Shown: positions 24,027 to 37,640, numbered from the stretch's first letter. The stretch is 64,000 nucleotides of DNA from Mobula hypostoma (GCF_963921235.1 NC_086097.1:92196001-92260000), one strand, 5' to 3'. Made by a program: numbers and translations. Notes: generated by a model from the sequence alone, not told the origin.

Positions 24027-27000
24027 CAGTGGTGTATCTAAGGTATGGCAGGTATGGCACCTGCCCTGGGCGCCACTTGAAGGGGGGGGGGCACCACTGA
24101 GCAGTTTCTTTTACAGTCAGACAAGCCATCCTCAGATAATGAAAAAAGAATTTTCTTCAGATGTATAATCTGTCTTTGATTATCACAGGTGAGAAGCACT
24201 AGGATGGCCTTATTTCAGAGCATTGTGTAAGAAAACCATGAAATGTTTCTTCACGAAGAAAGAAAGTGGAGCTGAAAGACGGAAGAGATGAAAGTTGGAG
24301 GTGGAGGAAGCCAAGAAGTTGAGCAAGTTCCTCATGCCCTTCTTTGAAAAGCCCGGAACAAGTAGTTCGACACATTCCATAGAGTTGCCTGCAGCTGCTA
24401 CAAGTTTGTTAAAATCCAAAGGTGGATCAAGTACAAATGCGTCACAAGCCGAGGAGGAAGTCAAGTCAGATAAATCCGAGTATGACTAGATTAAGAGTGA
24501 GGATGCCACGGAGAACATGGACATGACAGGAGGGGATGACGGTGGTGGTGGTGATGTTGAGTTTATTGACAAGATTTTGCCTGACAAAATTGAACCTGAT
24601 GACACTGAACCTAGTGAACTGGATGGTATCAAAGAGCCTCGAACTGTCATACCAGGAGCGTCTGAACAGCATGACACTGGACTTCTGAAGTTCGACAAGG
24701 ACACTGGAAAAGCAATTCTGCCTGACGTGTTGAGAACAGAAATAATAAAGCTGGGTTTGAAGTATTTCCAGAACAGTGAGGGGCCTTTCCTACCAACAAG
24801 TAACCGCTCAATGAACAAAACTTGGTTCAAGAGGAAATTGGGAAATGGTCGTGGTGAGGAAGTGACTCGCTCATGGCTGGTCTATTCCCCTTCTAAAAAG
24901 TCTGCATTTTGTATCTGTTGTCTTCTCTATCCCTGGTCAGACCATCAATCCTCATTGCAGCAGGAAAGTGGATTCAACCAGTGGAAAGCACCTGAAAGGA
25001 TTAGTGTTCATGAAAATGCCAAGAATCATCAGGAATGCTTCACACAGTGGAAAGAAATGGAAAGAAATTTAGCTGGAAACGGACGAGTTATTGACATGGT
25101 ATTTCAGTCACAGGTTGAGAAGGAAAAGCAGAAGTGGTGTGATATCTTGACGAGAATCCTTCACTGCATAAAATTCCTTGTGACTCAGAACCTTGCTTTG
25201 CAAGGACACAGGGAGTCACTTCAGCTAGATGATGACTCCAATGTGGGAAATTTCCTTGGCTTACTGAAACTACTGGCCACCTTTGACCCTGTCATAAAAG
25301 AACACCTCACTCATTTGGAAAGTCATTCTGGATCCACGTCTTATCTTTCACCGGGTGTTCAGAACGAATTCATTCACATGATGGCATCCACTGTTCGCCA
25401 GAGTTTACTGAGAAGCACTCATAAAGCCAAGTACTATGGTCTCATGTTCGACTCGACTCCTGATCAGGCGCACCGTGAGCAGATGTCAGAATCAGCGAGG
25501 TATGTGGAAGTTGATTTTGAGAGGAAAACAGTCCGTGTTAGAGAGTCCTTCCTTGGTTTTATCCAGATAAGCCAGAAGGATGCTGACAGCTTGGTTGAAG
25601 ACATCTTGAAACAGCTAGAGAAGGACGAAATGGAGCTACAAGATTGTCGGTCACAGTGCTATGACAATGCTGCTGTGATGGCTGGACACAGAAGAGGTGT
25701 TCATCAAAGAATAAGTGAGAAAAATAACCTGGCAGTGTTTGTGAATTACGACAATCTCTCAATCAACTTGGTGGGTGTACAAGCAGCCAAGCAGGATACA
25801 ATGATGGTCACTGTTTTTGGAACTATCAAAGCTCTCTATGTGTTTTTCTCTCATTCAACACAGCGCTGGGAAAAACTCTAAAACGCCATGCCTTATGTTG
25901 TTAAGTTGGAATCCGAAACCAGGTGGAGTACAAGGACAGAAGCAGTGAAGCCCATCAACAAGTACCTTGAGGAGATAGTTCAAGTTCTCCAGGACACGAT
26001 AGACAATGAAAACGAGACCAGTGAAACAAGAAGTGACGCAAGGCAGCTGTACAACCGCATGTTGAGTTACAATTTTCTGATTTTGTTCGGATTTTGGAAC
26101 AAAGTACTCATTCACATTGACCGTATTCAAAAGAGGCTGCAGGATCCTAGCATGAACTTCCATGATGCTGCCCTGGATTTGAAAGCCCTCCAAGATGATT
26201 TTTATGATGAAAGAGAAGTGTTGGTCAGTGAGTCACTCGAAGAAGGAGTCGGTCTCTGTCAAGAATGGAATATTGAAGTTGAAAGACGTCAGAGACAAAA
26301 GAAACGAATGGCTGATGAGAACTAGAGAGACACTGGGTTAACAGCTAAGGAGAAAATGAAAAGAGTCATGAAGGGAACACTGCCATCTTCACAGAGAAAA
26401 GGACAAAAGGTTCACTCGCTTGCACGACAATGACACCAAGTTTGGGTTCCTTCTCGATGTCGAGGGACTGTGTTACGGCACCAACAGTAACGACCTAAAG
26501 AAGAAGTGTGAAAATTTGGGTGAATTGTATAGCTCTGATGTTGATGGATAGCAGCCATATGAAGAAATTTTGGATTGCAGAATGTTGCTATCAAGGCAGG
26601 TCAACATGAAAATATCAAGACCTGAAGAGCTTCTTGAATTTATTGTTCAGTATGGAGATGAGAGCGTCTTCCCCAATCTTCGAATTGTTATTCAGATAAT
26701 GCTAACCATCGCAGTTTCCATCGCCAGCTGTGAGAGATCATTCAGCAAGTTAAACCTAATACTTTCGTATTTGAGAGCCTCCATGGGTCAAGGCAAACTC
26801 TGTGATCTTGCTCTGCTGAGTGTAGAAATAGAAGAAACTGAAAAAAACGGACTTTGATCACATCATAGACCAATTTGCATCAGTGAAAGCAAGGAAGGTG
26901 TGGTTATAATTTTCATGTGGTGTCATAATTTGTTAATTAAAAGATTAACGAGCTTGACTTGTACTTCTGAGCTGATATTATGGTAAAATTATCTAAAAGA

Positions 27001-27075
27001 TGGGTGTCAGATGTTTGGACAGGGGCGCAATTTCAGTGCTTGCCATAGGCGCTATTTTCCGTAGATACGCCCCTG
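24027..27075 (+). mobile_element. hAT DNA transposon, full length
   Basis: TIRs CAGTGGTGTATCTA / TAGATACGCCCCTG (12/14 match); decayed 8-bp TSD CAGGTTTT / CTGGTCTT. Confidence 0.92.
24238..26910 (+). pseudogene. hAT transposase (ZMYM1-like; TTF-type Zn finger, DUF4371-like core, dimerisation domain)
   Basis: WLVYSPSKKSAFCICC, LMFDSTPD, CYDNAAVM, ETRW and SCERSFSKL; interrupted by stops and frameshifts. Confidence 0.9.
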
Positions 27076-29374
27076 CTGGTCTTAGACTCTCCTATCATGG
27101 GAAACATCCTCTTCACAGCCATTCTATCAAGGCCTTTCACCATTCGACAAGTTTCAAAGAGGTCACCCCTTATTCTTATTCATGTGAATACAGGCCCAGA
27201 GTCATCAAACGCTCTTCATATGACAAGATATTCAATCCTGGATTCATTTTCGTGAACCTCCTTTGAACCCTCTCCATGTTCAGAATGTCCTTTCTAAGAT
27301 AAGGGCCCAAACTGCTCACATACTTCAAGTGAGGCCTCACCTGTGCTTTATTGAGTCTCAACATTATATCCTTGCTTTTATATTCTAGTCCTCTTGAAAT
27401 AAGAGCTAACATCACATTTGCCTTCCTCACCACAGACTCAACCTGCAAATTAACCTTTAAGGAATCCTGCACAAGGACTCCCAAGTCCCTTTGCAGCTCA
27501 GATTTTTGTATTTTCTCTCCATTTAGAAAATAGTCAACATTTTCATTTTTTCTACCAAAGAGCATGATCTTACACTTCCTGATACTGTATTTCATCTACC
27601 ATTTCCTTGCCAATTCTCCTCATCTGTCTAAATCCTTCTGTACCCTCTCTACTTCCTCAAAACTACCTGCCCCTCCAACCATCTTCATACCATCTGTAAA
27701 TTTTGCATCAAAGCCATCAATTCTATCATCCAAATTAATATACAACGTAAAAAGAATCTGACCCTTGTGGAACACCACTAGTCATCAGCAACCAACTAGA
27801 AAAGGCTCCCCTTTATTTCCACTCTTTGCCTCCTGCCAATCAGCCACTGCTCTATCCATGCTAGAATCTTTCCTGTAATACCATGGACTTGTAACTTGTT
27901 AAGCAGCCTCATGTGTGGCACCTTGTCAAAGGCCTTCTGAAAATCCAAGTACACAACATCAACCAACTCTCCTTTGTCTATTCTGCTTGTTACTTTTTCA
28001 AAGACTTCCAGCAGAATTGTCAGGCTAGATTGAGGAAACCATACCAAACTGATTACGGCCTATTTTATCATGTGCCTCCAAGTACCCTGAGACCTCATCC
28101 TTAATAATAGACTCCAAAATCTTCCTAACCACTGACGTCAAACTAAATGACCTAGAGGTTTCTCCCTCTCTCCTTTCTCGAAGAGTGGAGTAACATTTGC
28201 AAATTTTCAGTCTTCCGGAACCATTCCAGAATCCAGTGATTCCTGAAAGATCATTACTAATGCCTCCACAATCTCTTCAGCCACCTCTTTCAGAACCCCG
28301 TGGGTGTACACCATCTGGACCGGGTGACTTATCTACCTTCAGACCTTTCATTTTCCCAAGAACCTTCTCCCTAGAAATGGTAACTTTATGCACTTCATGA
28401 CCCCTGACACCTGGGACATCCACCATACTGCTAGTGTCTTCCACAGTGAAGACTGATGCAAAATATTTATTCAGTTCATCCCCTATTACTATCTCTCCAA
28501 CATCATTTTCCAATGGTCCGATATCCACTCTCACCTCTCTTTTACACTTTATCTATCTGAAGAAACTTTTGATATTCTCTTTAATATTACTCATTAGCTT
28601 ACTTTCATATTCTATCTTTACCTTCTTAATGACTTTTTTTAGTTGGTTTCTATTGGTTTTTAAAAGCTTCCCATCCTCTAACTTCCCACTAATTTTTGCT
28701 CTATTAAATGCCCTCTCTTTGATTTTTAGCTTGGCTTTGACTATTCCTGTTAGCTACAGTAGTGTCATCTTTTCTTTAGAATACTTCTTACTCTTTGGGA
28801 TGTATCTATCCTGTGCCTTCCAAATTGCTTCCAGAAATTCCAGCCATTGCTGCTCTAATGTCATCCTGCCAGTGTTCTTTTCCAATCAATTCTGGCCATC
28901 TCCTCTCTCATGTGTTGTAATTCCGTTTACTCCACTAGAATACTGATGCATCTGACTTTAGCTTTTCCTTCTCAAATTTCTGGGTGAACTTGATCATATT
29001 ATGATGAATTTCCCCTAAGGGTTCTTTTACCTTAAGCTCTCTAATCAATTCCGGTTCATCACACAGCACTATCCAGAATAGCTGATCCCCAACTGGGCTC
29101 AGCCATGAGCTGCTCTAAAATGCCATCTTGTAGGCTGTCTATATATTCACCCTCCTGGAATATAACTCCCAAGTAACCATTTTTCAGTACAGTATTTGAG
29201 CATCCGAATTAGGCCCAGTTTTTAAACTCACTTCCAGGTATCCGGTAATATATGTGGATCCTTAGATTAGATTTCAGTCTAATATCCATCCACACCAGCA
29301 TCTAAAATACATAAATTATTCAAATCACTCAACTATAAACAAGGGTGATATATGTGTGGAAGTTGCAAATTCTC

Positions 29375-29560
29375 CGTATAATCATGTAGCTTTTCTGAGG
29401 GTAATCCAGTTTCCTCCATATCCCAAAGACATGCTGGTCAGTTGATTAACTGACCACTGTAAATAACCTCTTGTGTAGGTGAGCAGCAGGAGAATTGGTG
29501 GGAGTGGGGATATGAGAGAGAATAGGATGTGGGGAAATAAATTGGAGAATAGGACCGCTG
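29375..29560 (+). mobile_element. V-SINE-like fragment
   Basis: CCAGTTTCCTCCATATCCCAAAGAC...CACTGTAAAT core. Confidence 0.6.
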
Positions 29561-29584
29561 GTAATGGCCTGAGAGCCAATGTAT

Positions 29585-30300
29585 GATGTGAATGATCTTC
29601 TTCAATGATCGGAATAGTCTTCTTCAAAGTTATAGGACAAGATGAGAAATCATAGTACATGAGCTTGCTGCAAATTTTCCCAGGAATTCAGCTTTTTAGT
29701 CACGTTTGGATCAAGACTGTGGTCCTGATGAAATCCAAATTGGTCATTGGTAAGTGGTTATGGTAACACACAATAGCACTGCTGAAGACACCTTCCATCA
29801 ACATCCTAATGATTGTATTAGATTCGTTAGTTTTGGGGCCAATACATAATTGGGAAACTTTCCAAATTGTCAAGCTTGTTGTAATATACTGAAGGTATAG
29901 ATAGTTCTGGAGCACAAAACTGATCCCATGTTCTTTGCTGTGCCCAAAGTTCAGCAGTTTCTTGAAATCGTGTGGAATTGGGGTTACTATCTTTGTCTGG
30001 ATCTTTTCCAGCTGCTTCATCATGTGGTGTATTGCTTTGGAGGCCATTATATTTAATAATTATATGACAAAACTGTATGAATGACCCATCCCTGGGAGAC
30101 CCAGTTCAGGAACTACACTTTTATGGGTTCATCAATGCCACTGGTAATCGATATTGCTGGTGGACATTGGAATCTCCCACATGGAGAATGTGCCTTTGCT
30201 GTCATCACTGCTTCTTCCAAATGGCATTCATGCATGCATTCATCAGAGGAGGGAGGATGGAGGATGCCTTGTTTGCCTAAGTGACTTCATGTCATAAGGT
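29585..30300 (-). pseudogene. Highly decayed Gypsy pol relic
   Basis: Minus-strand SPCGRF (TPFGRY-like), ASKAIHHMMKQLEK (APxRIQRMML-like), YWP and PWE-like motifs in canonical RT-RH-INT order. Confidence 0.4.
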
Positions 30301-31034
30301 AACCAAAAGTCTGGGTTAAAGCTTATGATTATCAGTTGCTTTCTGCTCCCATTTGCACACCTTCTGCCTCTACGTAGTGGAGCCATTCAGTCAATGGCAC
30401 AGAATTTATCCAGAGACTGATGTGGAATATTGGTGGAGAGGCTTCACTCCTGGAATATGACCATATAAGGCTATTTTTTAACTATGGAGCATCTTCCTAA
30501 TATAAACTATAGCCCACAAATATGTATGAGAATGGTTTTACAAGGCTCACTGCAAGACAGGACTTTTCTCATGTTTTGTGTCCAGGGTTCCAGGGCCTAG
30601 TTAGATGACAAGTTGTTCAGATGGTTTGATTCTGATACTGGAGACACAAGAGTTCAAGTTCAATTATCATTCAACCATACATGAATATAGCCAAACAAAA
30701 CAGTGTTCATACTTGGCCAAGGTGATAAACACATTACCAGCAGCACACAGCACCTAGCACATACGATTGCAATTTCAGAAAAGCATACAGTCGCAAAGAA
30801 ATAAAAGATTGCTCAAGTCCGAGTGGCATGACTGTAGATTGTCCTGGTCCAGCTTGTTCTTCCATTGAGCAAACACCAGAGGGCAGCATCAATAGGAGGG
30901 GCCAGCCCCAACTTAGCATGGATTCTGTGTGCCCAGCAGAAGCCCCTGCTCTCTCCCTTGGGCTAAACCTCTCTCTTCCCAGACTGAAATTGAATCAATG
31001 AAGGACACTCAACAGTTGTGGTACGGTTTAAATG

Positions 31035-33307
31035 CTACCACCTCTTTTTCCTCCAAACATACCTTTGCTCATTGCAGCCAAAAAGTTCTATTTTAACTTT
31101 ATCTGTCCACAGGACTTGTTTCCAAAATGCATCAGGCTTGTTTAGATGTTCCTTTGAACCTTTTGAATAGAACTTTTTGGCCGCAATGAGCAAAGGTATG
31201 TTTGGAGATAAAAGGGTGCAGAATTTCATGAAAAGAACCCCTCTCCAACTGTTAAGCATGGGGGTGGATCGATCATGCTCTGGGCTTGTGTTGTAGCCAG
31301 TGGCAGTGGGAACATTTCACTGGTAGAGGGAAGGATGAGTTCAATTAAATACCAGCAAATTCTGGAAGCAAACATCACACCGTCTGTAAAAAAGCCAAAG
31401 ATGAAAAGAGGATGGCTTCTACAATGGGATAATGAACCTAAACACACCTCAAAATCCGCAATGGACTACCTTAAGAGGCGCAAGCTAAAGGTTTTAAAAT
31501 GGCCCTCACAGTCCCCCGACCTAAACATAGAAACATAGAAACATAGAAATAGGTGCAGGAGTAAGCCTTTTGGCCCTTCGAGCCTGCACCACCATTCATT
31601 ACGATCATGGCTGATCATCCAACTCAGAACCCTATACCTGTCTTCTCTCCATACCCCCGATCCCTTTAGCCACAAGGGCCTTATCTAACTCTCTCTTAAA
31701 TATAGCCAATGAACTGGTCTCAACTGTGTCCTGTGGCAAAGAATTCCACAGATTCACCACTTTCTGTGTGAAGAAGTTTTTCCTCATCTCAGTCCTAAAA
31801 GGCTTCCCCTTTATCCTCAAACTGTAACCCCTCATTCTGGACTTCCCCAACATCGGGAACAATCTTCCTGCATCTAGCCTGTCCAATCCCTTTAGAATTT
31901 TATACGTTTCAATCAGATCCCCCCTCAATCTTTGAAATTCCAGAGAGTATAAGTCTAGTCGATTCAATCTTTCATCATATGAAAGTCCTGCCATCCCAAG
32001 AATCAATCTGGTGAACCTTCTTTGTACTCCCTCTATGGCAAAGATGTCTTTCCTCAGATTAGGGGACCAAAACTGCACACAATACTCTAGGTGTGGTCTC
32101 ACCAAGGCCTTGTACAACTGCAGTAGAACCTCCCTGCTCCTGTACTCGAATCCTCTTGCTATGAATGCCAGCATACCATTCGCCTTTTTCACTGCCTGCT
32201 GTACCTGCATGCCCACTTTCAATGACTGGTGTACAATGACACCCAGGTCTCGTTGCACCTCCCCTTTTCCTAATCGGCCACCATTCAGATAATAATCTGT
32301 TTTCCTGTTCTTGCCACCAAAGTGGATAACCTCACATTTATCCACATTAAATTGCATCTGCCATGAATTTGCCCACTCACCTAACTTATCCAAGTCACCC
32401 TGCATCCTCTTAGCATCCGCCTCACAGCTAACACTGCCGCCCAGCTTTGTGTCATCTGCAAACTTGGAGATGCTGCATTTAATTCCCTCGTCTAAGTCAT
32501 TAATATATATTGTAAACAACTGGGGTCCCAGCACTGAGCCTTGCGGTACCCCACTAGTCACTGCCTGCCATTCTGAAAAGGTCCCGTTTATTCACACTCT
32601 TTGCTTCCTGTCTGCCAACCAATTCTCTATCCACCCCAATACCATGTTCTTTAAGTTTGCATACTAATCTCCTGTGTGGGACCTTGTCAAAAGCCTTTTG
32701 AAAATCCAAATATACCACATTCACTGGTTCTCCCCTATCCACTCTACTAGTTACATCCTCCAAAAATTCTATGAGATTCGTTAGACATGATTTTCCTTTT
32801 ACAAATCCATGTTGACTTTGTCCAATGATTTCACCGCTTTCCAAATGTGCTGTTATCACATCTTTGATAACTGACTCTAGCAGTTTCCCCACCACATCGA
32901 GAATCTGTGGATAGACCCCAAAAGAGCAGTACATGCAAGACGGCCCAAGAATCTCACAGAACTAGAAGACTTTTGCAAGGAAGAATGGGCAAAAATCCCG
33001 CAAACAAGAATTAAAAGACTCTTAACTGGCTACAAAAAGCATTTACAAGCTGTGATACTTGCCAAAGGGGGTATTACTAAGTACTGACCATGCAGGGTGC
33101 CCAAACTTTTGCTTCAGCCCCTTTTCCTTTTTTGTTATTTTGAAACTGTAAAGGATGGAGATAAAAAAGTTTTCTTGCTTAAAATATTAAAAAAATGTGT
33201 CATCTTTAACTTCATGCCTTTTGGAAATCAGTTCATCTTTTCCTCGCTTAGCTATTCACAGTAACAGAGGTTTTGACCAGGAGTGCCCAAACTTTTGCAT
33301 GCCACTG
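31035..33307 (+). mobile_element. Tc1 (DD34E, IR/DR type) transposon, 5' end lost or rearranged, interrupted by CR1
   Basis: VKHGGGSIMLW, QWDNEPKHTS, WPSQSPDLN / IENLW; right IR with GTGCCCAAACTTTTGC repeated at ~33097 and ~33283, ending CACTG plus TA. Confidence 0.9.
31529..32895 (-). mobile_element. CR1 LINE 3' part inserted in the Tc1 transposase
   Basis: ORF 31632-32561 with GVPQGSVLGP and FADDTKL; (TATGTTTC)n tail. Confidence 0.95.
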
Positions 33308-33309
33308 TA

Positions 33310-33487
33310 ATTGCACAGTTTGTTGACTTTTGCACACTGGTTGAAAACCCAGTTAGAATTGTCTTTCATTGATAATATTATGGTTATTATTCTATTATAG
33401 ATTTATTGTGCGCCTATACGAAAATGAATCTCAAGATTTTATATGGTGACATATATGTACCTTGATAACAAATTTACTTTGAATTTT
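33310..33487 (+). mobile_element. LINE/SINE 3' tail family (also at ~23228-23290 and ~56085-56157)
   Basis: ATGAATCTCA...TATGGTGACAT...TTTGATAATAAATTTACTTTGAA-like sequence recurs three times in the window. Confidence 0.6.
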
Positions 33488-33918
33488 GGGCAACCGTAAC
33501 AGGCTGCTGCATCCGAGGTGACCCCGTGACCGAGGCCTAGTCCTCGCCACAACCCAGGCAATGCAGCTCCCCCGCCATTGGTGCTTCCAATGAACCAGTA
33601 AACTTGACTTGCTGGATTCTATATTACCAATGTTCAACGATCCAAGTAAAAACATCCAAGGCAATCACTCGTTCTGTTTGTTGGATCGGATCCAACCAAC
33701 TGCAGATGCTGTAATCTGGAGCCACAAATAATCTGTACGGGGAGAAGGAATTGTCAGTGTTTCAACTCAAAATATAAACAGTTCCTCTACCTCCTCTGAA
33801 TGCTGCTAGACCTGTAGAGTTCCTCTAGTAGAATGAGCAACTTATCTTGTTTGACAATATAGATTAACAATTAACTGGACATCCGTAAGGCCAGGTCAAG
33901 TAAGAGAAAATAATACTT

Positions 33919-34424
33919 TTCTCAGACGATATTATGCTTGAATTTGGAGAAAATTAGAAGCAATCTTTATGATTCCTCACTTAAATTTGAACAGACCTGG
34001 AGATCTTTTATTCAATATTTTCATTTAATGTAATTTTTTTTTCTTTTCTTTTTTGCTCCATATTTATATACCCTTCTTGTTTTTTTTACTGTTTTTAATG
34101 GAGGTCAGGTTTGAGGATGTGATTTTAAGTTCTTTAACTCTACTTGGTTCCAAGTTAGCCTATTGCTTTGCTTTGCTTTTAGTTTAGTTGCACGGTGGGT
34201 TTTTTTTGGGTTTTTTTTTCCCTTTTCTCTATTGATATATATATATAAAAATTAGTATACTATTATGTTACCTTAGTATGTTATGTTTAAATTACATTGT
34301 TTGTATCACTTTTTTTTTCTGTATTAATATCTCCTGTAATTTTATTATATTCTAACAGTGTATTAGTGCCTATATGGCTTACCTTTTTGTATACTTATTC
34401 AATAAAAAGATTTAAAAAGAAAGA
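33919..34424 (+). mobile_element. L1-type LINE, 5'-truncated 3' end
   Basis: 17-bp TSD AAGAGAAAATAATACTT (33902-33918, 34425-34441); CLNLEKIRS..F...W..F ORF2 C-terminus; T-rich UTR, AATAAA and A-rich tail. Confidence 0.8.
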
Positions 34425-35369
34425 AAGAGAAAATAATACTTGATAATCAAACAAGCTTTGTGTACTTTCATGGTCACCATTACTGACAGCAGCTTTATTT
34501 TACCTACTGATTGTTTAATTAATTGCATTTAGGTGTCCCAGTATCCATGATGACATTTAAATTCATGTCATTAGGTTTACCCAGAAATCCTATACAAGAT
34601 CGATGGAGGTGTTTTGAAAAGAGTTTTTTTTTGAAAGATCTAAGAAATCAGGGTGATGGGGAATTGGTATTGATAAAGTCTGGGACACATCAGTTCTGAT
34701 CACATAGAATGACCCTTCAAGCTTGTCCTGACAGATACCTCCTCCTGCTCCTGCTCCCATTTTATGCCTTCTTGTGTTCAAATCAGAATCAGGGCCAAAT
34801 TGGAATCAGACTGACGTTACGTCATGAAATTTGTTGTTTTGTGGCAGCGGTACAGTACAAGATTAAAAAAAAAGTTGCTGTAAGTGAGGAATACTGAGGT
34901 AGTTAGTTTTCATGGACCGTTCAGAAATCTGATAGCAGAAATCTGATATTAGCTGTTCGTAAAACGTCAGGTGGGGATTTTCAGGCTCCTTGTAAATCAG
35001 GACAGATGGAATACTCATTCAATAACTTAACCACTACAACACCATTTCCTGTCACTGACACACAGAGATACTCCAGGGGTCTGGCAAATTCAGGGTCGCA
35101 TGAACCTATCCTTTCCACAACAACGAAAGCAACATATGGTGGGCTTACTGTCTGGATCACATTTCCTATTCAGCCTTTGCAGTAATCACTGGTGCCTGCA
35201 CAATGAATCAACACACATAAAAATCTTTCCTGAATTACATCATGGAGTACGGTATAGAAGCAGGCCCATCATCTCAAAACCAGCTGCTGGCCACTCATTT
35301 ATGGCAAGCTTACATCCATTCCAAAATTTACTTTCTGCACATCCTCAACTCATCCTAGATTCTTCGTCT

Positions 35370-35570
35370 CACCTGCACACCAATGGCCAATAACCTACTG
35401 ATCAGCATGCCTTTGGGACACAAGAAGAAATGGGAGCAGCAAGGGGAACCCATGGAGTTGCAGAGAGAATGTGCAAAACCCCACACAGCCAGCACCAGAG
35501 GCCAGGACTGAACGCGAGTCATTAGATCTGTCAGGCAGAGGCTCTACCAGTAGTGCAACTGCGCATCAGG
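35370..35570 (-). mobile_element. V-SINE-like element, decayed
   Basis: Reverse-strand similarity to 36120-36440. Confidence 0.5.
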
Positions 35571-36119
35571 GCAGAATATAAAAGCATAATAGAAGATATT
35601 ACCTACTGAATCTATTAGCTCTCAAAGTGATCCAAAGGTTAAAGAGCACCATTTCAGTACTGTAATTGAGAAAGTGAATTGTTGAATTCAGCCTTTTTAA
35701 CAGCTTGATGAAAGCATCAAAATAAGTCTTTGAGTGCACTTTGATGGCCCTGTGGGGCAGAACCAATTGAAATGACAGGCACATGAGAGCTCTGAAAGGC
35801 ACAAATACACTAACTCAGCGATGTGACCTTTGTGACCAACCACATCATGGCCTTGTTTTTAACTGAGGTGAACGCCTTTAACAATTTCCTTTATCCGTTC
35901 CACTTATTTCTCACTAAAGCCATTACTTCTCAATGCAGCAGGAACATTCTGATTGCCCTCTATTTTTCTGATAAGTGTCAAAGTTTCTTCTAAACCTTCC
36001 ACAAGTAGGTGACCAAAACCCTTGTGAATCTGGGGAGGACATTTACACACTCCCATTTATCTTCTTTGTGCCTCAAAGATTTCCCCGTTCTCAAAGCCTT
36101 TAAATAAATGTGCTGGTTG

Positions 36120-36440
36120 GTGTTGTGCTGCCAGCAGAGCTACTGCCTTACAGCCCCGGCAGCTCAGGTTCAATCCTGTCCGGTGTTGGCAATGTGGAGT
36201 TTGTATGTCCTTCCTGCAGCCTTGTGGGTTTCCCCTCGTACTTCAGCTTCCTCCCACATGCTAAAAGATGCACGGGTAGGTGTATTAGTTAGCTGCAGTA
36301 AACTACCCCCTAGTGCGTAGCGGAGGGGTAGAATTTGGTGGGGGTGAGAGGGGATATTTGATGGGAAAGTGGGGAGGGAAGAAGTAAATAATGGGCAGTT
36401 GATAGTCAATGAAGATTTGATGGGTTGAATATCCTTTTTC
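36120..36440 (+). mobile_element. tRNA-derived V-SINE-like element
   Basis: B-box-like GGTTCAATCC, then TGTGGAGTTTGTATG...GTGGGTTTCC...CCTCCCACA core. Confidence 0.7.
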
Positions 36441-36619
36441 AATAGAGTACCTCTCTGAGGCTGTACAGAACCAGTTTAATTTTCAGCAGTTCTCACAAGT
36501 CTTTCCTTATAGTATTACCTCTTTGTCAAACCTCCTGTCTCTTCTTCTTAGGTATCTAAGTCAGGTATCAGTCTTCCATTATTGAATACGTGTTTGCCTC
36601 CTCATTGTGGCCACAGGCA

Positions 36620-36810
36620 GAGTGTCGGGGTGCACACCAATGCAATGGGGTGGGAGTGCCACATTATTGCAGTGTCTTTTGGAGGAAGTGTTAAACCGTG
36701 GTCCGGTCAGCCCTCTCATGAATGTAAATAATGCTGTAAAATGTGAAGAGGGACAATGAAGATCTCCCCAACTGTTGGCCAATATATATCAGACACTCAC
36801 CATCAGTAAT
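36620..36810 (+). mobile_element. Deu-domain SINE relic
   Basis: GGGAGTGC..GTCTTTTGGAGGAAGTGTTAAACCG..GCCCTCTCA..GAAGAG..TGGCCAATAT resembles the DeuSINE/AmnSINE core. Confidence 0.55.
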
Positions 36811-37119
36811 CTAGTTTACCACCTCAGTATCTCATGACTGACTCTGTGTCTCTCTCCCGAGCTGCTGACTATTACAATTTCGATGTATTTTGTAGAGTTA
36901 CCCCTTGCATGTGACAGGATGGATTTCACTGAGCAAGGTAACAGAAAAACACAAGGCCAGTAAATGGAGTTATTGTTGAGAACAGCCACAGTCTCATCAC
37001 AGGAGCAGACTAGCCTGACCCTGTTTCTAAGATCCCCATTCCCTGAATTCCCATATACTGAGCCCCTCTGTGATATTCAGTGGCTGCTAGTCTATTCCCC
37101 TTTATTCACTCCTGCACTG

Positions 37120-37640
37120 AACATAGAATATAGGACAGCACAGCACAGGAAAAGGCAAAACTAATTAAATTGGCAGTTCAATGCCTAACTAAACTAATCC
37201 CTTCTGCCTACACGATGTCCATACCTCTCCATTCTCTGCACATTCATGTACCTAACTAAGAACTTCCTAAACTTCTGCCTCCTCCACCACCACCCTTGGC
37301 AGTGCATCCCAAGCACCCTACCCATCAATTCTGTTTTCAAAACCATGTTCCACAGACTTCCTTTGAACCTACCCCATCTCAGCTTAAATGCATGCCCCTA
37401 GTATTAGGTATTTCGACCCCGGGAGAATCTACTCCATAATCTTAAAAACTTCTGTCTCTCATAATCTTATGAACTTCTGTCAGATCTCCCCTCAACATTT
37501 GATACTCCAGAGAAAACAATCAAAGTTAAACAGATCTCTCCTTACAGCATATGCCCTTTAATCTAGGCAGCATCCTGGTAAACCTCTTCCACACCCTCTC
37601 TACATGCTTCCTATAATGGGGTGACAAGAACTGAATGTAG
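37120..37640 (-). mobile_element. CR1 3' fragment, old
   Basis: Reverse similarity to the CR1 3' ends in this window; (AACATAG)-type tail. Confidence 0.65.

Larger units (their letters stand above)
23813..29160 (-). mobile_element. CR1 LINE, 5'-truncated, split by the hAT insertion (23813-24026 and 27076-29160)
   Basis: (CTTATGGT)n tail at the left end; RT motifs in minus-strand ORFs 27176-28534; the sequence is contiguous across the hAT. Confidence 0.92.

Noticed and set aside
24517..25881. Host ZMYM1-like gene
   Set aside because: Intronless, disrupted, bounded by TIRs and a TSD, and nested in a LINE: a transposase pseudogene.
28434..28946. Hydrophobic membrane-protein-like ORF (also 17142-17693, 53305-53598)
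   Set aside because: Antisense frames of the lysine-rich CR1 ORF2.
29700..30047. Kinase-like ORF (LNFGHSKE resembling DFG)
   Set aside because: No other kinase motifs; better explained as a decayed Gypsy pol.
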